From an uncultured Pseudomonadales bacterium (GTDB taxonomy: Bacteria > Patescibacteriota > Microgenomatia > UBA1400 > CAYXSR01): a stretch of DNA of 60,546 bases. The stretch spans positions 1 through 60,546 of the forward strand of contig CAYXSR010000005.1 of NCBI GenBank assembly GCA_964467735.1. The letters run 5' to 3'. Positions 15,079-25,321 of the stretch are shown piece after piece. The translations under genes and the position numbers were made by a program. Position 1 is the first letter of the stretch, and each line of letters opens with the position of its first letter. The notes beneath the pieces were generated by a model, which was given only the letters and a program-made list of their open reading frames with translations, had not been told where the DNA came from and searched no databases.

Positions 15079-16278
15079 ATGAAAAATTTTTGGGAAAGTT
15101 TAGAAAGCTTTGTTTTTGCTATTTTTTTATTTCTTCTTCCTTCTAATTTAGCTTTTCATTGGTGCACCTCCTCAGCTTTGGTTTTAGGTATTTATCGCGA
15201 TTATCTGATTCCCACTATTTTTGTGACAGATTTCCTAATCATTACTCTTTTCCTACTTTCTTTTTTTTCAAAAACAAAAATTTGTTTACCCAAAAAAACT
15301 ATTTTTTTTGTTTTTTTGTTAATTTTCTTTGTTTTTATTAGCCAAAACAAAATTAGTGCTAGCTATAAAGCCCTAAAAGTTTTTGAATGTTTTTTGCTTT
15401 TTTACTGGTTAAAAAGCAAAAAAGTAAGTCAGCAAAAAATAATTAGGATTTTATTCTGGACAGCTTGTTTTCAGGCAGGGTTAGCAGTTTTTCAATGGCT
15501 TAAACAAAGTTCGGTTTTAAGCTATCTTCCTTTTGGTGAACAACCCTTCAACAGCTTCACTCCAAACATAAAAAAAATTGTTTTACCCAATGGTAAACTC
15601 AGAATTACTCCTCTTGGAACTTTTCCTCATAGCAATGTTCTGGCTGGTTTTTTAGTTTTAGTTTTAACCATGAATTTAAAATCATTGAATAAAATCTGGC
15701 AAATCTTTTTTTACCTCCTAATTAGTAGCGCCCTTATTCTCTCCTTCTCGTTGCCAACAATATTCCTTTTTTCTTTGATTATTATTTTGATTCTGTTTAA
15801 AAACAAACAGAAATTACTTCTTAGCTCTCTTTTTTTATATTCGTTTGTATTTGGTTTAATATTCAACCAAGATATTATTTCTTCTTTGAACCGTCGTCTG
15901 CCGTTAATTAAAAGTGCTTTTTTAATGATTAAAGATAACTTTATTGTAGGAGTAGGTTTAAATAATTTCTTGGTTAAATTACCAAAATATATTTCTGGTT
16001 CGCAAGTTTATTTTTTCCAACCAGTTCATAATTTGTTTCTTCTTCTTTTGGCTGAAACAGGAATTATCGGCTTATTAATCTTTTTATTTTGGATTTTGAA
16101 ATCCCTTCGTTTCCTCAAAAAAGGGTTTAAAAAAAATTCTCTTTTTATTCTCTTACTAGTCGAGTGGTTTTTGTTAGCTCAATTTGATCATTATTTTTAT
16201 ACCACTCAACAAGGATTATTAATAACTGTTATTGTTTTTTATCTTGTTTCTTTAATTAAGGCAAAAGATTACAATTAA
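15079..16278 (+). CDS. O-antigen ligase-like (Wzy_C) membrane protein, possible O-oligosaccharyltransferase
   Basis: GTFPHSNVLAGF, RR...A..MIKDNFIVGVGLNNF, PVHNLFLLLLAETGIIG, FDHY. Leaderless promoter TGcTAAGCT at 15063-15071, 7 nt before the ATG. Confidence 0.85.
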   Translation: MKNFWESLESFVFAIFLFLLPSNLAFHWCTSSALVLGIYRDYLIPTIFVTDFLIITLFLLSFFSKTKICLPKKTIFFVFLLIFFVFISQNKISASYKALKVFECFLLFYWLKSKKVSQQKIIRILFWTACFQAGLAVFQWLKQSSVLSYLPFGEQPFNSFTPNIKKIVLPNGKLRITPLGTFPHSNVLAGFLVLVLTMNLKSLNKIWQIFFYLLISSALILSFSLPTIFLFSLIIILILFKNKQKLLLSSLFLYSFVFGLIFNQDIISSLNRRLPLIKSAFLMIKDNFIVGVGLNNFLVKLPKYISGSQVYFFQPVHNLFLLLLAETGIIGLLIFLFWILKSLRFLKKGFKKNSLFILLLVEWFLLAQFDHYFYTTQQGLLITVIVFYLVSLIKAKDYN

Positions 16279-16281
16279 TTA

Positions 16282-17022
16282 ATGTCATTATTTGGATTAT
16301 TTTTAATTTTTGTTGGTCTTCTAATCTTTCTTTTGCTTATATCTTTAAGTTTTCAAAAAAACTTTTATCTCTTTCTCCTTCTTTTAACTAAGAATAAATA
16401 CCAAGCTGTCCATCTATTTTCCCTTTTTCTTCTTCCTGGAACAATTATTCATGAAGTTGCTCACATGTTGACAGCGGAAATCCTCCAAGTTCCTACTGGT
16501 GAATTTTCGTTTATACCAGAAATTAAAGAAAGCCAAGAAGTAAGAGTGGGTAGTTTAAAAATTAGTCGTTCTGGGCTAATTAGACGAACGCTAATTGGCT
16601 TGGCTCCGTTAATAATAGGTTTGGCTATCCTTACAACTATTTTCTATTTCCAATTTCTTCCATTGCTTCAAAATCCACAAGAAATTTTTAATCAGAAAGC
16701 GGGCTTCTGGTGGCTGGCAGTTTTTTCTTGCTGTCTTATCTTTATTGTCTCTAACACTATGTTTTCCTCTAAAAAAGACCTAGAGCCTGCTTTCTTTCCT
16801 TTTCTTTTAATCCTCTTGGTTCAAATAGCTTTCTGGTTAGGAGGTATAAAACTCAAAATCTCTTTAGAAGAAAAAACTTATATTTTTTTAGCTAATGTCT
16901 TAACAAGTATTAATAGCGCTTTAGTTTTTACTATCGTTGTTGACTTAATTTTTCTTTTAGCTACTCAACTACTCATTCAAATTTCTAAAAAAACTCTCAA
17001 AAGCTCTTTATCTTTTAAATAG
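16282..17022 (+). CDS. M50-like intramembrane zinc metallopeptidase
   Basis: LPGTIIHEVAH (HExxH), LIGLAPLIIG and later SKKD; multi-TM. Confidence 0.7.
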   Translation: MSLFGLFLIFVGLLIFLLLISLSFQKNFYLFLLLLTKNKYQAVHLFSLFLLPGTIIHEVAHMLTAEILQVPTGEFSFIPEIKESQEVRVGSLKISRSGLIRRTLIGLAPLIIGLAILTTIFYFQFLPLLQNPQEIFNQKAGFWWLAVFSCCLIFIVSNTMFSSKKDLEPAFFPFLLILLVQIAFWLGGIKLKISLEEKTYIFLANVLTSINSALVFTIVVDLIFLLATQLLIQISKKTLKSSLSFK

Positions 17023-17057
17023 CCTAATTGTGGCTTTTTTGGTATCATATATAACAA

Positions 17058-20000
17058 ATGGATTCTTCTTTACTTCAACAAGCACAAGAGGTTTTAAAAG
17101 CAATTGATGAATGGCTAAATTTTATTGATTCTCAACAACCAATAACTTCACAAAAAGAAGCTAGTTTAAAATCTTTAATCGAACCATTTACTAAAACTCC
17201 AGCTTTTTCTTTGTTTTTTAGTAATGTTTTTTTCCCGGTTTTAAACGAGACAGAAAAAACAGTTGCCTCCTTAGAACCAAATTCTCAAAATCTAACTCTT
17301 ATTCGTCAAGCAATCACTGCTTTTATCTTTCAGGACAATCTTCCCTTTGAACAAACTGGTTTACCTTCCAGAGAAGTTCTTGAACAAGCGGCTTCTCAAG
17401 TTCAACAAGTTGATCCTCAAAATAGCATTAGCGTCCGTCAAATAGTTCGCCAAACAATTGAACAACACAACAAAGATTTACTAGACAAAGCTGGCAGCGT
17501 CGTTCAGCTTCAACAATCACTTCAAAAGAATTCTGAAGTTGCTTTAGCCGCCATCTTGGCTCAAGAGCCAAGCGACCAGCGTTATCGAAGTTCTCAGCTT
17601 AAAAGACAACGGCAACTCGCCGATACCTATGGGCCAATTGCTGCCCAAGTCGCTTTTGAAAGATATACCGACAGTTTAGTCGATAGTTATTCTGCTGAAT
17701 TGGAAAAACAACAAACTATTCAAAACAAAAGAGTTCAAAAAGGAGAAATTGATCAACTTACTGCCGATCGTCAAGCACAAGAAACTGCGAGTGAGCGCGT
17801 CCAACAATCAGCTTCCTTACTCCAAACTAAGGCCGCCCAGGCCGCCGTTAAAGAAATTAGTAAATATAGTGATTCAAACATTACTTTACAAGGTTCTGTT
17901 GCGGTTACGATCCAAGCTTCACCTGAAGTTGCTCCAGTTGTTGAAAGACTAGATAGAAAAACATATCTTCAAAGAACAATCGAGTTGGCTTTAAATGCTA
18001 GTAGAATTCATCAAACACCCTCTCAAATAATTGCCCAAAAACAAGAATTAACTCGGTTAAAAAATACTCGACTTTTCCAAAGTTATGTTGCCCCTCAAAG
18101 AGATGAACTTACCACTAGATTACAAGCCTTTTATACTAATCAAGTTTATTCTCTTATTCCTCTGGAAAAACAAACAGAAGCCTTGGAAGCAATACCAGCT
18201 TTAATCAACCAACAAATTAATTTAATAGAACAAAGACTGGGTGATGAATTAATTGATTCAGAAGTCTTACCGCAAGCTAAAGTCTCTCAAAGCATTGATC
18301 GAACAACTGAAAAAGTTCTTCAAAAGATCGTTCAAGATGCAGGTTTGACTGTTGATTATCCATCCCGAGATCCAAATGAACCTCTACCTTCCAACACGAA
18401 AAGTTATTTTGAAATAGAACAAGCGGCTGGCCAATTAACTCAAGAAGTTGAAGGTGACGCGCATGCCTTTTTCAATCTTAATTTCCGAGCCAGTAAAATC
18501 GAAGACCTTCCTCAATTAACAACTTTACAAGCTCTTAATACTCTACCAAGAAAAAATTTACCGCAAGTTGTTTTCAATGCCGCTGGACAACCAGGATCAT
18601 TAACTGAAATCCAACTTCTCCGATTAAGCAATAGTTTGGATGCTGATTTCACTACTCTTAAATTTTATTTAAATGGTCACACCTCACAAACTTTAACCAA
18701 TCTGGCGAAAAGCTTAGAAGATGGTTTTTCCATTGGTGATCTTACCCTAATCAAAAAACTTCATCCAAATGATCCGCGTTTATTAAAAATAAGAGAATTA
18801 AGCACCCAGCTGGGAGAGCTGGAAAAATTAATAAAATCTGGAGATATAAAACTGAAGGGTTTAAATAAATTATTATTCTCTGTTTTTCAAGCCCGAGCCA
18901 CTATAAACAACGCTAAATACAAAATTTATGATCGGGTTTTCCGTCTTAATCCTTTCCGCCCACTTGCTTTTGGAAAAGATTTTATCTCTCAGAAAATCTT
19001 TGATAAGAAAAATTTTATTGAAAAACAAATAAAAGATCATAAGGTTTTAGGTTTTCTTTATCCTCGATTTAAAAGCCGACAAGCTTGGAATAATTTTTTA
19101 AAAAAACATGACAAACTTGCTAAAGTAGTTAAATTTCTCCCTAACTTAAGCCCAAGTGGCTTGTGGGATCTGGGGAAAAGAAAGGCTTTCTCCTGGTTAA
19201 GAAAAAAAGCAGTTGATAAGGCAGCTGCCTACCTTATTAAAAAAGGCTTTGATAAAGCAGCAGAAGAGTTAGTAAAAAATGGCTTTAAAGCTCTTTTGAA
19301 ATTTGCTGTTAAGGAGGGTTTGGGATCAGTAGTTGGTGGTGCTCTTGGTTCTATTATTCCTGTTCCTATTCTTGGCACGGTTTTAGGAGCTGTTGCTGGT
19401 TGGGTTATAGAAAAAGCCGCTATTCTTCTTATTAAATATAATCCAGTAACTTTGCTAGCAAAAAAGGGTTGGCAGCAGCTTTCTCCTGGAACCAGAAAGG
19501 TAATTACTATTGGTGGAGTTGGTTTGCTTCTTGCCACTCCTCTTATCTCTTTGTTTTTCACTTCTCTTCCTGTTCTATTAATGGCTGGCGGTGCCTTAGG
19601 AGCAATCTTTTTCATCTATAAAAGCTTTTCCTCTATTGGCGGTTTTATCTCTAATGTCTTTAATGGTTTGGGTAAAGGGTTAAGCTCTGTTATACAAGGA
19701 GTTTCTCATGCTGGAGCTCAAGTTGGAGCGGTTTTAGCAAATGCCGCCCCTGTTGCCTTAGCAGTTACTGGCACTGGAACCATGATTACTCTGGCAAGTT
19801 TTTATTCTGCTTGGGTTTACCCATGGGGAGAACCAAGAGGAGTAAAACCTTTTGAATCTCGCTATATAAGAATTGAAAAAAAGGCTAACAAAAATCAATT
19901 TTCTAATCTGGAAGTCGCCGTTCCTCGAACTATTACTTATACTGTTACGATTACTCCAAAACAAGACGCCTTAACTAATATCCAAATAGAAGACAGTCTT

Positions 20001-20723
20001 TCTTTAGAGAGCTTAGCAGGTGAGCCCCCAAAACCAACGTTAACCCTTGTCAATCCTCAAGAAATTCCCACAATTATTGATAAAGAAACTGTTTTAACTT
20101 ATCAGATCAGCAATATTGATAGTCGTTACCAAGACACTAGAATTAGAAATACTTTCAAGCTAACTGCTCTTGTAGGAAAAACAACTGAAACAGTAGTTGC
20201 AACCGAAAAAGTAGAAATCGGCAATCCTCCTCGTCCAACTACTGTTCAAATGGCAATTGATGTCGTTAACATTCTTCTCAATTGTCAAGGTCTTGAACCA
20301 TCAAAAACCAATGGTGTTATTGTCAATAAAAGCAGTTGGTCAACAGCCAAAAATTGTTTAAAAACAAAAGGATTAGAACAGGATGTGTTAGACGAATTTC
20401 AGTCTAGTATTCAACGATTTGATAATCTACAATGTGTTGGTTTTGTTCTGGGAATAAGTCAGGGCTCTTTACTTCCTCCTAGCGGTCACGCTAAGGCCTA
20501 TTGCAGTGAACCTAATCTTCAAACTGACTGGACCCAAGTAGCTGAAGGTGATTATATTGCTTCAAGCAAAGGCCAATATGGTCACGTCGCAATTGTTATA
20601 AATGTTGACGGTGTGATTGTTAAGGTTGCTGAAGCTATGGGAGATACCGGAATTGTCCAATTTAGAAATCTCACTAAAGAAACTTTAGAACAATATTATT
20701 GCGGCTTTTTAAGAACAAACTAA
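17058..20723 (+). CDS. Giant membrane-anchored protein with glycine-zipper/TM region, Ig-like domain and C-terminal CHAP amidase (VirB1/CwlT analogue)
   Basis: QCVGFV (Cys1126), GHVAIV (His1176), VAEA (Glu1192). Extended -10 TGgTATCAT lies 9 nt before the ATG. Confidence 0.75.
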   Translation: MDSSLLQQAQEVLKAIDEWLNFIDSQQPITSQKEASLKSLIEPFTKTPAFSLFFSNVFFPVLNETEKTVASLEPNSQNLTLIRQAITAFIFQDNLPFEQTGLPSREVLEQAASQVQQVDPQNSISVRQIVRQTIEQHNKDLLDKAGSVVQLQQSLQKNSEVALAAILAQEPSDQRYRSSQLKRQRQLADTYGPIAAQVAFERYTDSLVDSYSAELEKQQTIQNKRVQKGEIDQLTADRQAQETASERVQQSASLLQTKAAQAAVKEISKYSDSNITLQGSVAVTIQASPEVAPVVERLDRKTYLQRTIELALNASRIHQTPSQIIAQKQELTRLKNTRLFQSYVAPQRDELTTRLQAFYTNQVYSLIPLEKQTEALEAIPALINQQINLIEQRLGDELIDSEVLPQAKVSQSIDRTTEKVLQKIVQDAGLTVDYPSRDPNEPLPSNTKSYFEIEQAAGQLTQEVEGDAHAFFNLNFRASKIEDLPQLTTLQALNTLPRKNLPQVVFNAAGQPGSLTEIQLLRLSNSLDADFTTLKFYLNGHTSQTLTNLAKSLEDGFSIGDLTLIKKLHPNDPRLLKIRELSTQLGELEKLIKSGDIKLKGLNKLLFSVFQARATINNAKYKIYDRVFRLNPFRPLAFGKDFISQKIFDKKNFIEKQIKDHKVLGFLYPRFKSRQAWNNFLKKHDKLAKVVKFLPNLSPSGLWDLGKRKAFSWLRKKAVDKAAAYLIKKGFDKAAEELVKNGFKALLKFAVKEGLGSVVGGALGSIIPVPILGTVLGAVAGWVIEKAAILLIKYNPVTLLAKKGWQQLSPGTRKVITIGGVGLLLATPLISLFFTSLPVLLMAGGALGAIFFIYKSFSSIGGFISNVFNGLGKGLSSVIQGVSHAGAQVGAVLANAAPVALAVTGTGTMITLASFYSAWVYPWGEPRGVKPFESRYIRIEKKANKNQFSNLEVAVPRTITYTVTITPKQDALTNIQIEDSLSLESLAGEPPKPTLTLVNPQEIPTIIDKETVLTYQISNIDSRYQDTRIRNTFKLTALVGKTTETVVATEKVEIGNPPRPTTVQMAIDVVNILLNCQGLEPSKTNGVIVNKSSWSTAKNCLKTKGLEQDVLDEFQSSIQRFDNLQCVGFVLGISQGSLLPPSGHAKAYCSEPNLQTDWTQVAEGDYIASSKGQYGHVAIVINVDGVIVKVAEAMGDTGIVQFRNLTKETLEQYYCGFLRTN

Positions 20724-20742
20724 TTGTTTAAAATTAATTAGA

Positions 20743-21321
20743 ATGAAATTATTAAAATTCTTAAATAGAAAAATCATTTATCTCCTAGTTTTTCTTATTT
20801 TCGTTCTTGCTATTGTTAGTTTATTTTTAAAACAAGAGCTTCGTATTGTTGAAGCTCAACCAACAGTGACCAATAATATTGATCTCGATCAAAAATTTGA
20901 ATTTATTTTTAATAAAAAACCAGAAAATATTGTCGTCGTTACTTCTCCGGAATTTAATTTTGACAAAATAATTGATGAAAAAAAATTGCTTCTGATTCCC
21001 CAAGAAATGCTTAAACAAAACAGTTACTATACTTTAAATATATATCAAAAAGAAAAACAGCTTTTTAAAAAAACTTTTAAAACCAGAGTGGGAACAGAAA
21101 CAGAAGTGATTCAAGAAGAAACTAGTTTTACTTTCTCAAAATATCCTTTAATTGATTTTTTACCTATCGACAATCCCCGATACCATCTTACTTATGCTGA
21201 TTCCCTTGTCTTAAAAGTAACCATTAAACAAGGTTCTCAAGAGCAAATTAGGCAAGAAGTTATTGATTGGATTTCTTCAAAAGGGATCGATCCAAACACT
21301 CACCAAGTCATTTTTGAATAA
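20743..21321 (+). CDS. Single-pass membrane protein with Ig-like (Big_5/SbsA-like) domain
   Basis: N-terminal TM followed by VEAQP...IFNK...PQEMLKQNSYYTLNI...FKT pattern. Confidence 0.6.
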   Translation: MKLLKFLNRKIIYLLVFLIFVLAIVSLFLKQELRIVEAQPTVTNNIDLDQKFEFIFNKKPENIVVVTSPEFNFDKIIDEKKLLLIPQEMLKQNSYYTLNIYQKEKQLFKKTFKTRVGTETEVIQEETSFTFSKYPLIDFLPIDNPRYHLTYADSLVLKVTIKQGSQEQIRQEVIDWISSKGIDPNTHQVIFE

Positions 21322-21406
21322 AATTGATATATTCTTATACCTTTTCAAATTTTTTCCTGCCTTGTATACTGGAAATAATCAATAATTTAGAAATGCTCTA
21401 AAAATT

Positions 21407-22534
21407 ATGAAACAGCATCCTGTTCCCCAGCATATTCAGTCTTACCAATTTCGCCTAGTCGGTGATATGACTTTAAAACAATTTTTGGAATTAGCAGGCG
21501 GAATAATTGTTGCTTGGATTTTTTATGCTCTACCTATTATTCCTATCTTCAAATGGCCTTTAATTGTTATTTCTGGCTTTAGCGGAGTTTTATTGGCTTT
21601 TTTCCCTTTGGAAGAAAGATCCTTAGATATTTGGTTTATTAACTTTTTTAAATCTATCTACTCTCCAACTCAATATGTTTGGGAAAAAAAAGAAAAAAAA
21701 CCTTCTTTTTTAGAAAAATCTGTTTCTCCTCCAGGTGTTCCCAAGGTAAGTTCTATCCAAAAACAATCCTCACGAACAAGTTTAGATGAATATCTTAAAA
21801 CCTTGCCAGAAACTCTAGGTCCCGAAGAAACAACAAATAAAAGACTTCAAGAAATTACCAAGTTATTAAATTCTCTAAATCCTCACGTTCCTTTATCTAT
21901 CCGAATGCGTCCCTCTCCCCAAGCAACGGTTAAAATTAATGTCCGTAAATTAAAACCACAAGAAATGGTTAAAAAAGAAGTTGTTGTTTTTTCCGCCGAT
22001 GGTACAGAAACTAAGGAAGAGAAAATATCTTCTGAGACAAAGGCCTCCCAATTAGCTGCTAAACCAGAAGATCTAGCGGTAAAACAGGCTCCAGTTATAG
22101 AAACTGCTCCTCCTTTAGCTCCCCCTCTTCCAGTTCATGCTATTCCTAAGCCAGTCGATCTTTCTGATAAAAAAACTGTTAAACCAGAATTCTCTCAACT
22201 TGTTCCTATTCCTCAGCCGCCAAAAATCCCTAATCTTTTGGTTGGCATGGTGACTGACTCATCAGGAAGAATTATCACTAATGCCTTAATTGAGATTAAA
22301 AATAGTCAAGGTGATACTGTTCGAGCCTTAAAAAGTAACAAATTAGGTCAATTCTTTACGGCTACCCCTCTTCCTAGTGGCACTTATCAATTAATTATTG
22401 AACATGATAATTATAAGTTTGATATAATTGAGTTAAGATTAGAGGGAAAAAATGTTCCCCCTTTAAGAATCAAGGCAAAAGAAAAATTAGAGGGAATCAA
22501 GGCGGATAATTCTCCGCCCTTAAAACTTTATTAA
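21407..22534 (+). CDS. PrgI/VirB3-like protein with Pro-rich linker and C-terminal carboxypeptidase-regulatory-like (transthyretin fold) domain
   Basis: HPVPQHIQSYQFRLVGDMTLKQF, two TMs, and a C-terminal GMVTDSSG..I.NALIEI...SNKLGQF...LPSGTYQLII segment. Confidence 0.8.
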   Translation: MKQHPVPQHIQSYQFRLVGDMTLKQFLELAGGIIVAWIFYALPIIPIFKWPLIVISGFSGVLLAFFPLEERSLDIWFINFFKSIYSPTQYVWEKKEKKPSFLEKSVSPPGVPKVSSIQKQSSRTSLDEYLKTLPETLGPEETTNKRLQEITKLLNSLNPHVPLSIRMRPSPQATVKINVRKLKPQEMVKKEVVVFSADGTETKEEKISSETKASQLAAKPEDLAVKQAPVIETAPPLAPPLPVHAIPKPVDLSDKKTVKPEFSQLVPIPQPPKIPNLLVGMVTDSSGRIITNALIEIKNSQGDTVRALKSNKLGQFFTATPLPSGTYQLIIEHDNYKFDIIELRLEGKNVPPLRIKAKEKLEGIKADNSPPLKLY

Positions 22535-22538
22535 TACT

Positions 22539-23231
22539 ATGGATCCTGCCCAAATTCCAATTCGAGCTAGTACTCAACAACATCTCGATATTGAAGATAT
22601 TAAAGATAATGTTGTTATCTTCAAAAACGGGTCTTGTTGTATGATTCTTCAGGCAAGCGCTGTTAATTTTGGTTTATTATCAGAAACAGAACAAGATGCC
22701 ACTATTTATGCTTATGCCGGTCTTTTAAATTCCCTATCCTTTCCAATTCAAATTGTTATTCGTTCTAAACAAAAAGACATTTCTTCTTATCTTAACCTTT
22801 TACAAACCCAAGAAAAAAAACAACAATCACCTCAACTTAAAAGTTGGATTAAAAATTACCGTCAATTTATTGAAAAAATTGTTAAAGAAAATGAAATTCT
22901 AGATAAAAAGTTTTATGTTATTATTCCTTTTTCATCCCTGGAATTAGGAATAACTACCAGCGTTTTAACAAACAAAAAGGGACTACCCTATCCTAAAGAA
23001 TATATTTTAGAAAAGGCTAAAACAAATCTTCATCCTAAAAGAGACCATATAATAAAACAGCTTGCCAGAATTGGTCTTAAGACAAAACAGCTTGGCACCC
23101 AAGAACTAATTGAACTTTTTTATAATATTTACAATCCAGAAAGTGAAGGACAAAAATTTGTCCAAAGTAAAGATTACCAAACACCTTTAGTTAGCGCTGC
23201 CATTGAAGAGCAAGAAAATAATAAAAAATGA
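22539..23231 (+). CDS. Conserved T4SS accessory protein preceding VirB4 (TraC/TrsD N-terminal-like)
   Basis: STQQHLDIEDIKD..VIFKNG...VNFGLLSETEQ..IIYAYAGLLNSL.FPIQI; position between prgI and virB4. Confidence 0.65.
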   Translation: MDPAQIPIRASTQQHLDIEDIKDNVVIFKNGSCCMILQASAVNFGLLSETEQDATIYAYAGLLNSLSFPIQIVIRSKQKDISSYLNLLQTQEKKQQSPQLKSWIKNYRQFIEKIVKENEILDKKFYVIIPFSSLELGITTSVLTNKKGLPYPKEYILEKAKTNLHPKRDHIIKQLARIGLKTKQLGTQELIELFYNIYNPESEGQKFVQSKDYQTPLVSAAIEEQENNKK

Positions 23232-25321
23232 TTAATTTACCTTTTTTAAATCAACTAACCAAATCTGGAAAATCAAAAAATAAAACTCCTGAAAAAAAAG
23301 AGTCAATTCAAGTTCTCTCTCAGGGTCTAGTTTCTGTAAAAGATGTCATTGCCCCTCCAGCCCTAGAAGTAGACTTTAATCACATTAAAATTGGCGATAA
23401 TTTTTTTAGAACTTTTTTCGTTGCTGGATATCCTCGTTTTGTAAATGCCAATTGGCTAGCCCCTTTAATAAACTTTGACCACTCATTAGATATTGCCATG
23501 TATATTTATCCTGCTGAAGGAAAAGGAATTCTAGAAAACCTTAAAAGAAAAATTGGTGAGATGGAAGCAGAAATTCAAACAGATGTCCAAAGAGGAAGAG
23601 TAATTAACATTGATACCCAGGTTAAATTGGAGGATGCTCGAGCTTTACAAGAACAATTAGCAAAAGGAGCGGAAAGATTTTTTCAATTTGCTCTTTATAT
23701 TACAGTTCCTGAAGAAACAGAAAAGGAACTGAATAATGTTTCTCAAAAAGTCCAATCAACTTTAGGCTCTCTTTTAATTGTCGCTAAACCAGCTACTCTT
23801 CAGATGGAAGAAGCTTTTAAAACAACCCTTCCAACATGCCAAGACAAATTAATGATAACTAGAAACATGGATACCACTTCTTTGGCCACAACTTTTCCTT
23901 TTACTTCCTCAGAACTTACTGATAATAAAGGAATATTATATGGAATTAATGAACACAATGATTCATTAATCGTTTTTGATCGATTTACGATGGAAAATGC
24001 CAATTCTTTAATTTTAGCCAAATCTGGTGCTGGTAAAAGCTATCTCGTTAAACTGGAAGCCTTAAGGTCTTTAATGTTTGACACTGAAGTTATCATCATT
24101 GATCCAGAAGCTGAATATCAAAACCTCACTAAGGCAGTGAATGGAGAATACATTAGTTTCTCCTTCTCCTCTCCTGCCAAAATTAATCCCTTTGACCTCT
24201 CTGGTGTTTTTGAGAAGGGAGAAAATGAATTAAGTATGAAAATTCTTTCTCTCCACTCTCTTTTTAAAATTATTATGGGTCAACTCACCCCTATTGAAGA
24301 AGCTTTATTAGATAAAGCCTTGGTTTTAACCTACCAACAGAAAGGGATTACTACTGATCCTGCTACCCAAACTAAAGAGCCTCCTCTAATGGAAGATTTA
24401 TACAAAATTCTTATTGGGATGGAAGATCCCCAAGCCAAAAGTATGGCTGCTAGACTAGAAAAATTTATAAAAGGCTCTCTAAAAGGAATTTTTAATCAAC
24501 ACTCTACCGTTAGTTTAAAAAATCCATTTACCGTTTTTTCTATCAGAGAATTAGAAGCAGAGCTTAGACCAGTAGCGATGTTTATCCTCTTAGATTATGT
24601 CTGGACAAAAATTAAAAAACAGTTAAAAAAACGACTTTTAATTGTTGATGAAGCTTGGTATTTAATGAAACATAAAGATTCTGCCGATTTCCTTTATAGT
24701 CTAGCTAAAAGGGCTAGAAAATATTATCTTGGGTTAACAACTATTACTCAAGATGTAGAAGATTTCATGAATAGTGAATATGGTAAAGCTATTATTACTA
24801 ATTCTTCTATTCAAATATTAATGAAACAATCGCCAGCAGCCATTGATCTTTTAGCAAAGGTTTTTTATTTATCTCAAGGAGAAAAGAACCTTTTACTTGC
24901 TTCTGAAATTGGCCGAGGAATCTTTTTTGCTGGAAACAATCATGTAGCTATGAGAGTTGTTGCTTCTCCGGAAGAACATCAAATTATTACCTCTAAACCA
25001 CAAGAGTTAATTCAACAACAAAAAGGAACTGCCTCTCCCACTCAAGCTCAAAATCAAACACCGGTTAATAAAACTCCAGTTTCTGTTTCGCAAAATACAG
25101 AAGTTTCTCCTTCTTTAGGGACAGTAAGTTCTCCAGTGGCAAAAAAAGAACTACCTCTTCAATCTTCTACTAGACAGAATAAACCGTTTTTCTACGTCGA
25201 TACTGAAACTTCAGAAAAAAAATCACCCTCTTCTCCATTAGACCAAAAACAAACAAATCCCCGTTCAACTGAAGTCTTTTCTCAAAAAAAAACTAACAAT
25301 CCTTCTAGCTCTCAACCCTAA
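23228..25321 (+). CDS. virB4: VirB4/TraC-family T4SS ATPase
   Basis: Walker A AKSGAGKS, Walker B LLIVDEAW, RARKYYLGLTTITQDVEDF; low-complexity S/Q/T/P tail. Confidence 0.92.
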   Translation: MINLPFLNQLTKSGKSKNKTPEKKESIQVLSQGLVSVKDVIAPPALEVDFNHIKIGDNFFRTFFVAGYPRFVNANWLAPLINFDHSLDIAMYIYPAEGKGILENLKRKIGEMEAEIQTDVQRGRVINIDTQVKLEDARALQEQLAKGAERFFQFALYITVPEETEKELNNVSQKVQSTLGSLLIVAKPATLQMEEAFKTTLPTCQDKLMITRNMDTTSLATTFPFTSSELTDNKGILYGINEHNDSLIVFDRFTMENANSLILAKSGAGKSYLVKLEALRSLMFDTEVIIIDPEAEYQNLTKAVNGEYISFSFSSPAKINPFDLSGVFEKGENELSMKILSLHSLFKIIMGQLTPIEEALLDKALVLTYQQKGITTDPATQTKEPPLMEDLYKILIGMEDPQAKSMAARLEKFIKGSLKGIFNQHSTVSLKNPFTVFSIRELEAELRPVAMFILLDYVWTKIKKQLKKRLLIVDEAWYLMKHKDSADFLYSLAKRARKYYLGLTTITQDVEDFMNSEYGKAIITNSSIQILMKQSPAAIDLLAKVFYLSQGEKNLLLASEIGRGIFFAGNNHVAMRVVASPEEHQIITSKPQELIQQQKGTASPTQAQNQTPVNKTPVSVSQNTEVSPSLGTVSSPVAKKELPLQSSTRQNKPFFYVDTETSEKKSPSSPLDQKQTNPRSTEVFSQKKTNNPSSSQP

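Noticed and set aside
1-25321. Integrative conjugative element or prophage
   Set aside because: No integrase, relaxase, coupling protein, att repeats or phage structural genes are seen, and the locus is contiguous with dnaN.
25000-25321. S/Q/T/P-rich VirB4 tail as a separate domain or frameshift
   Set aside because: In-frame low-complexity extension without a motif; similar tails occur on PrgI here.
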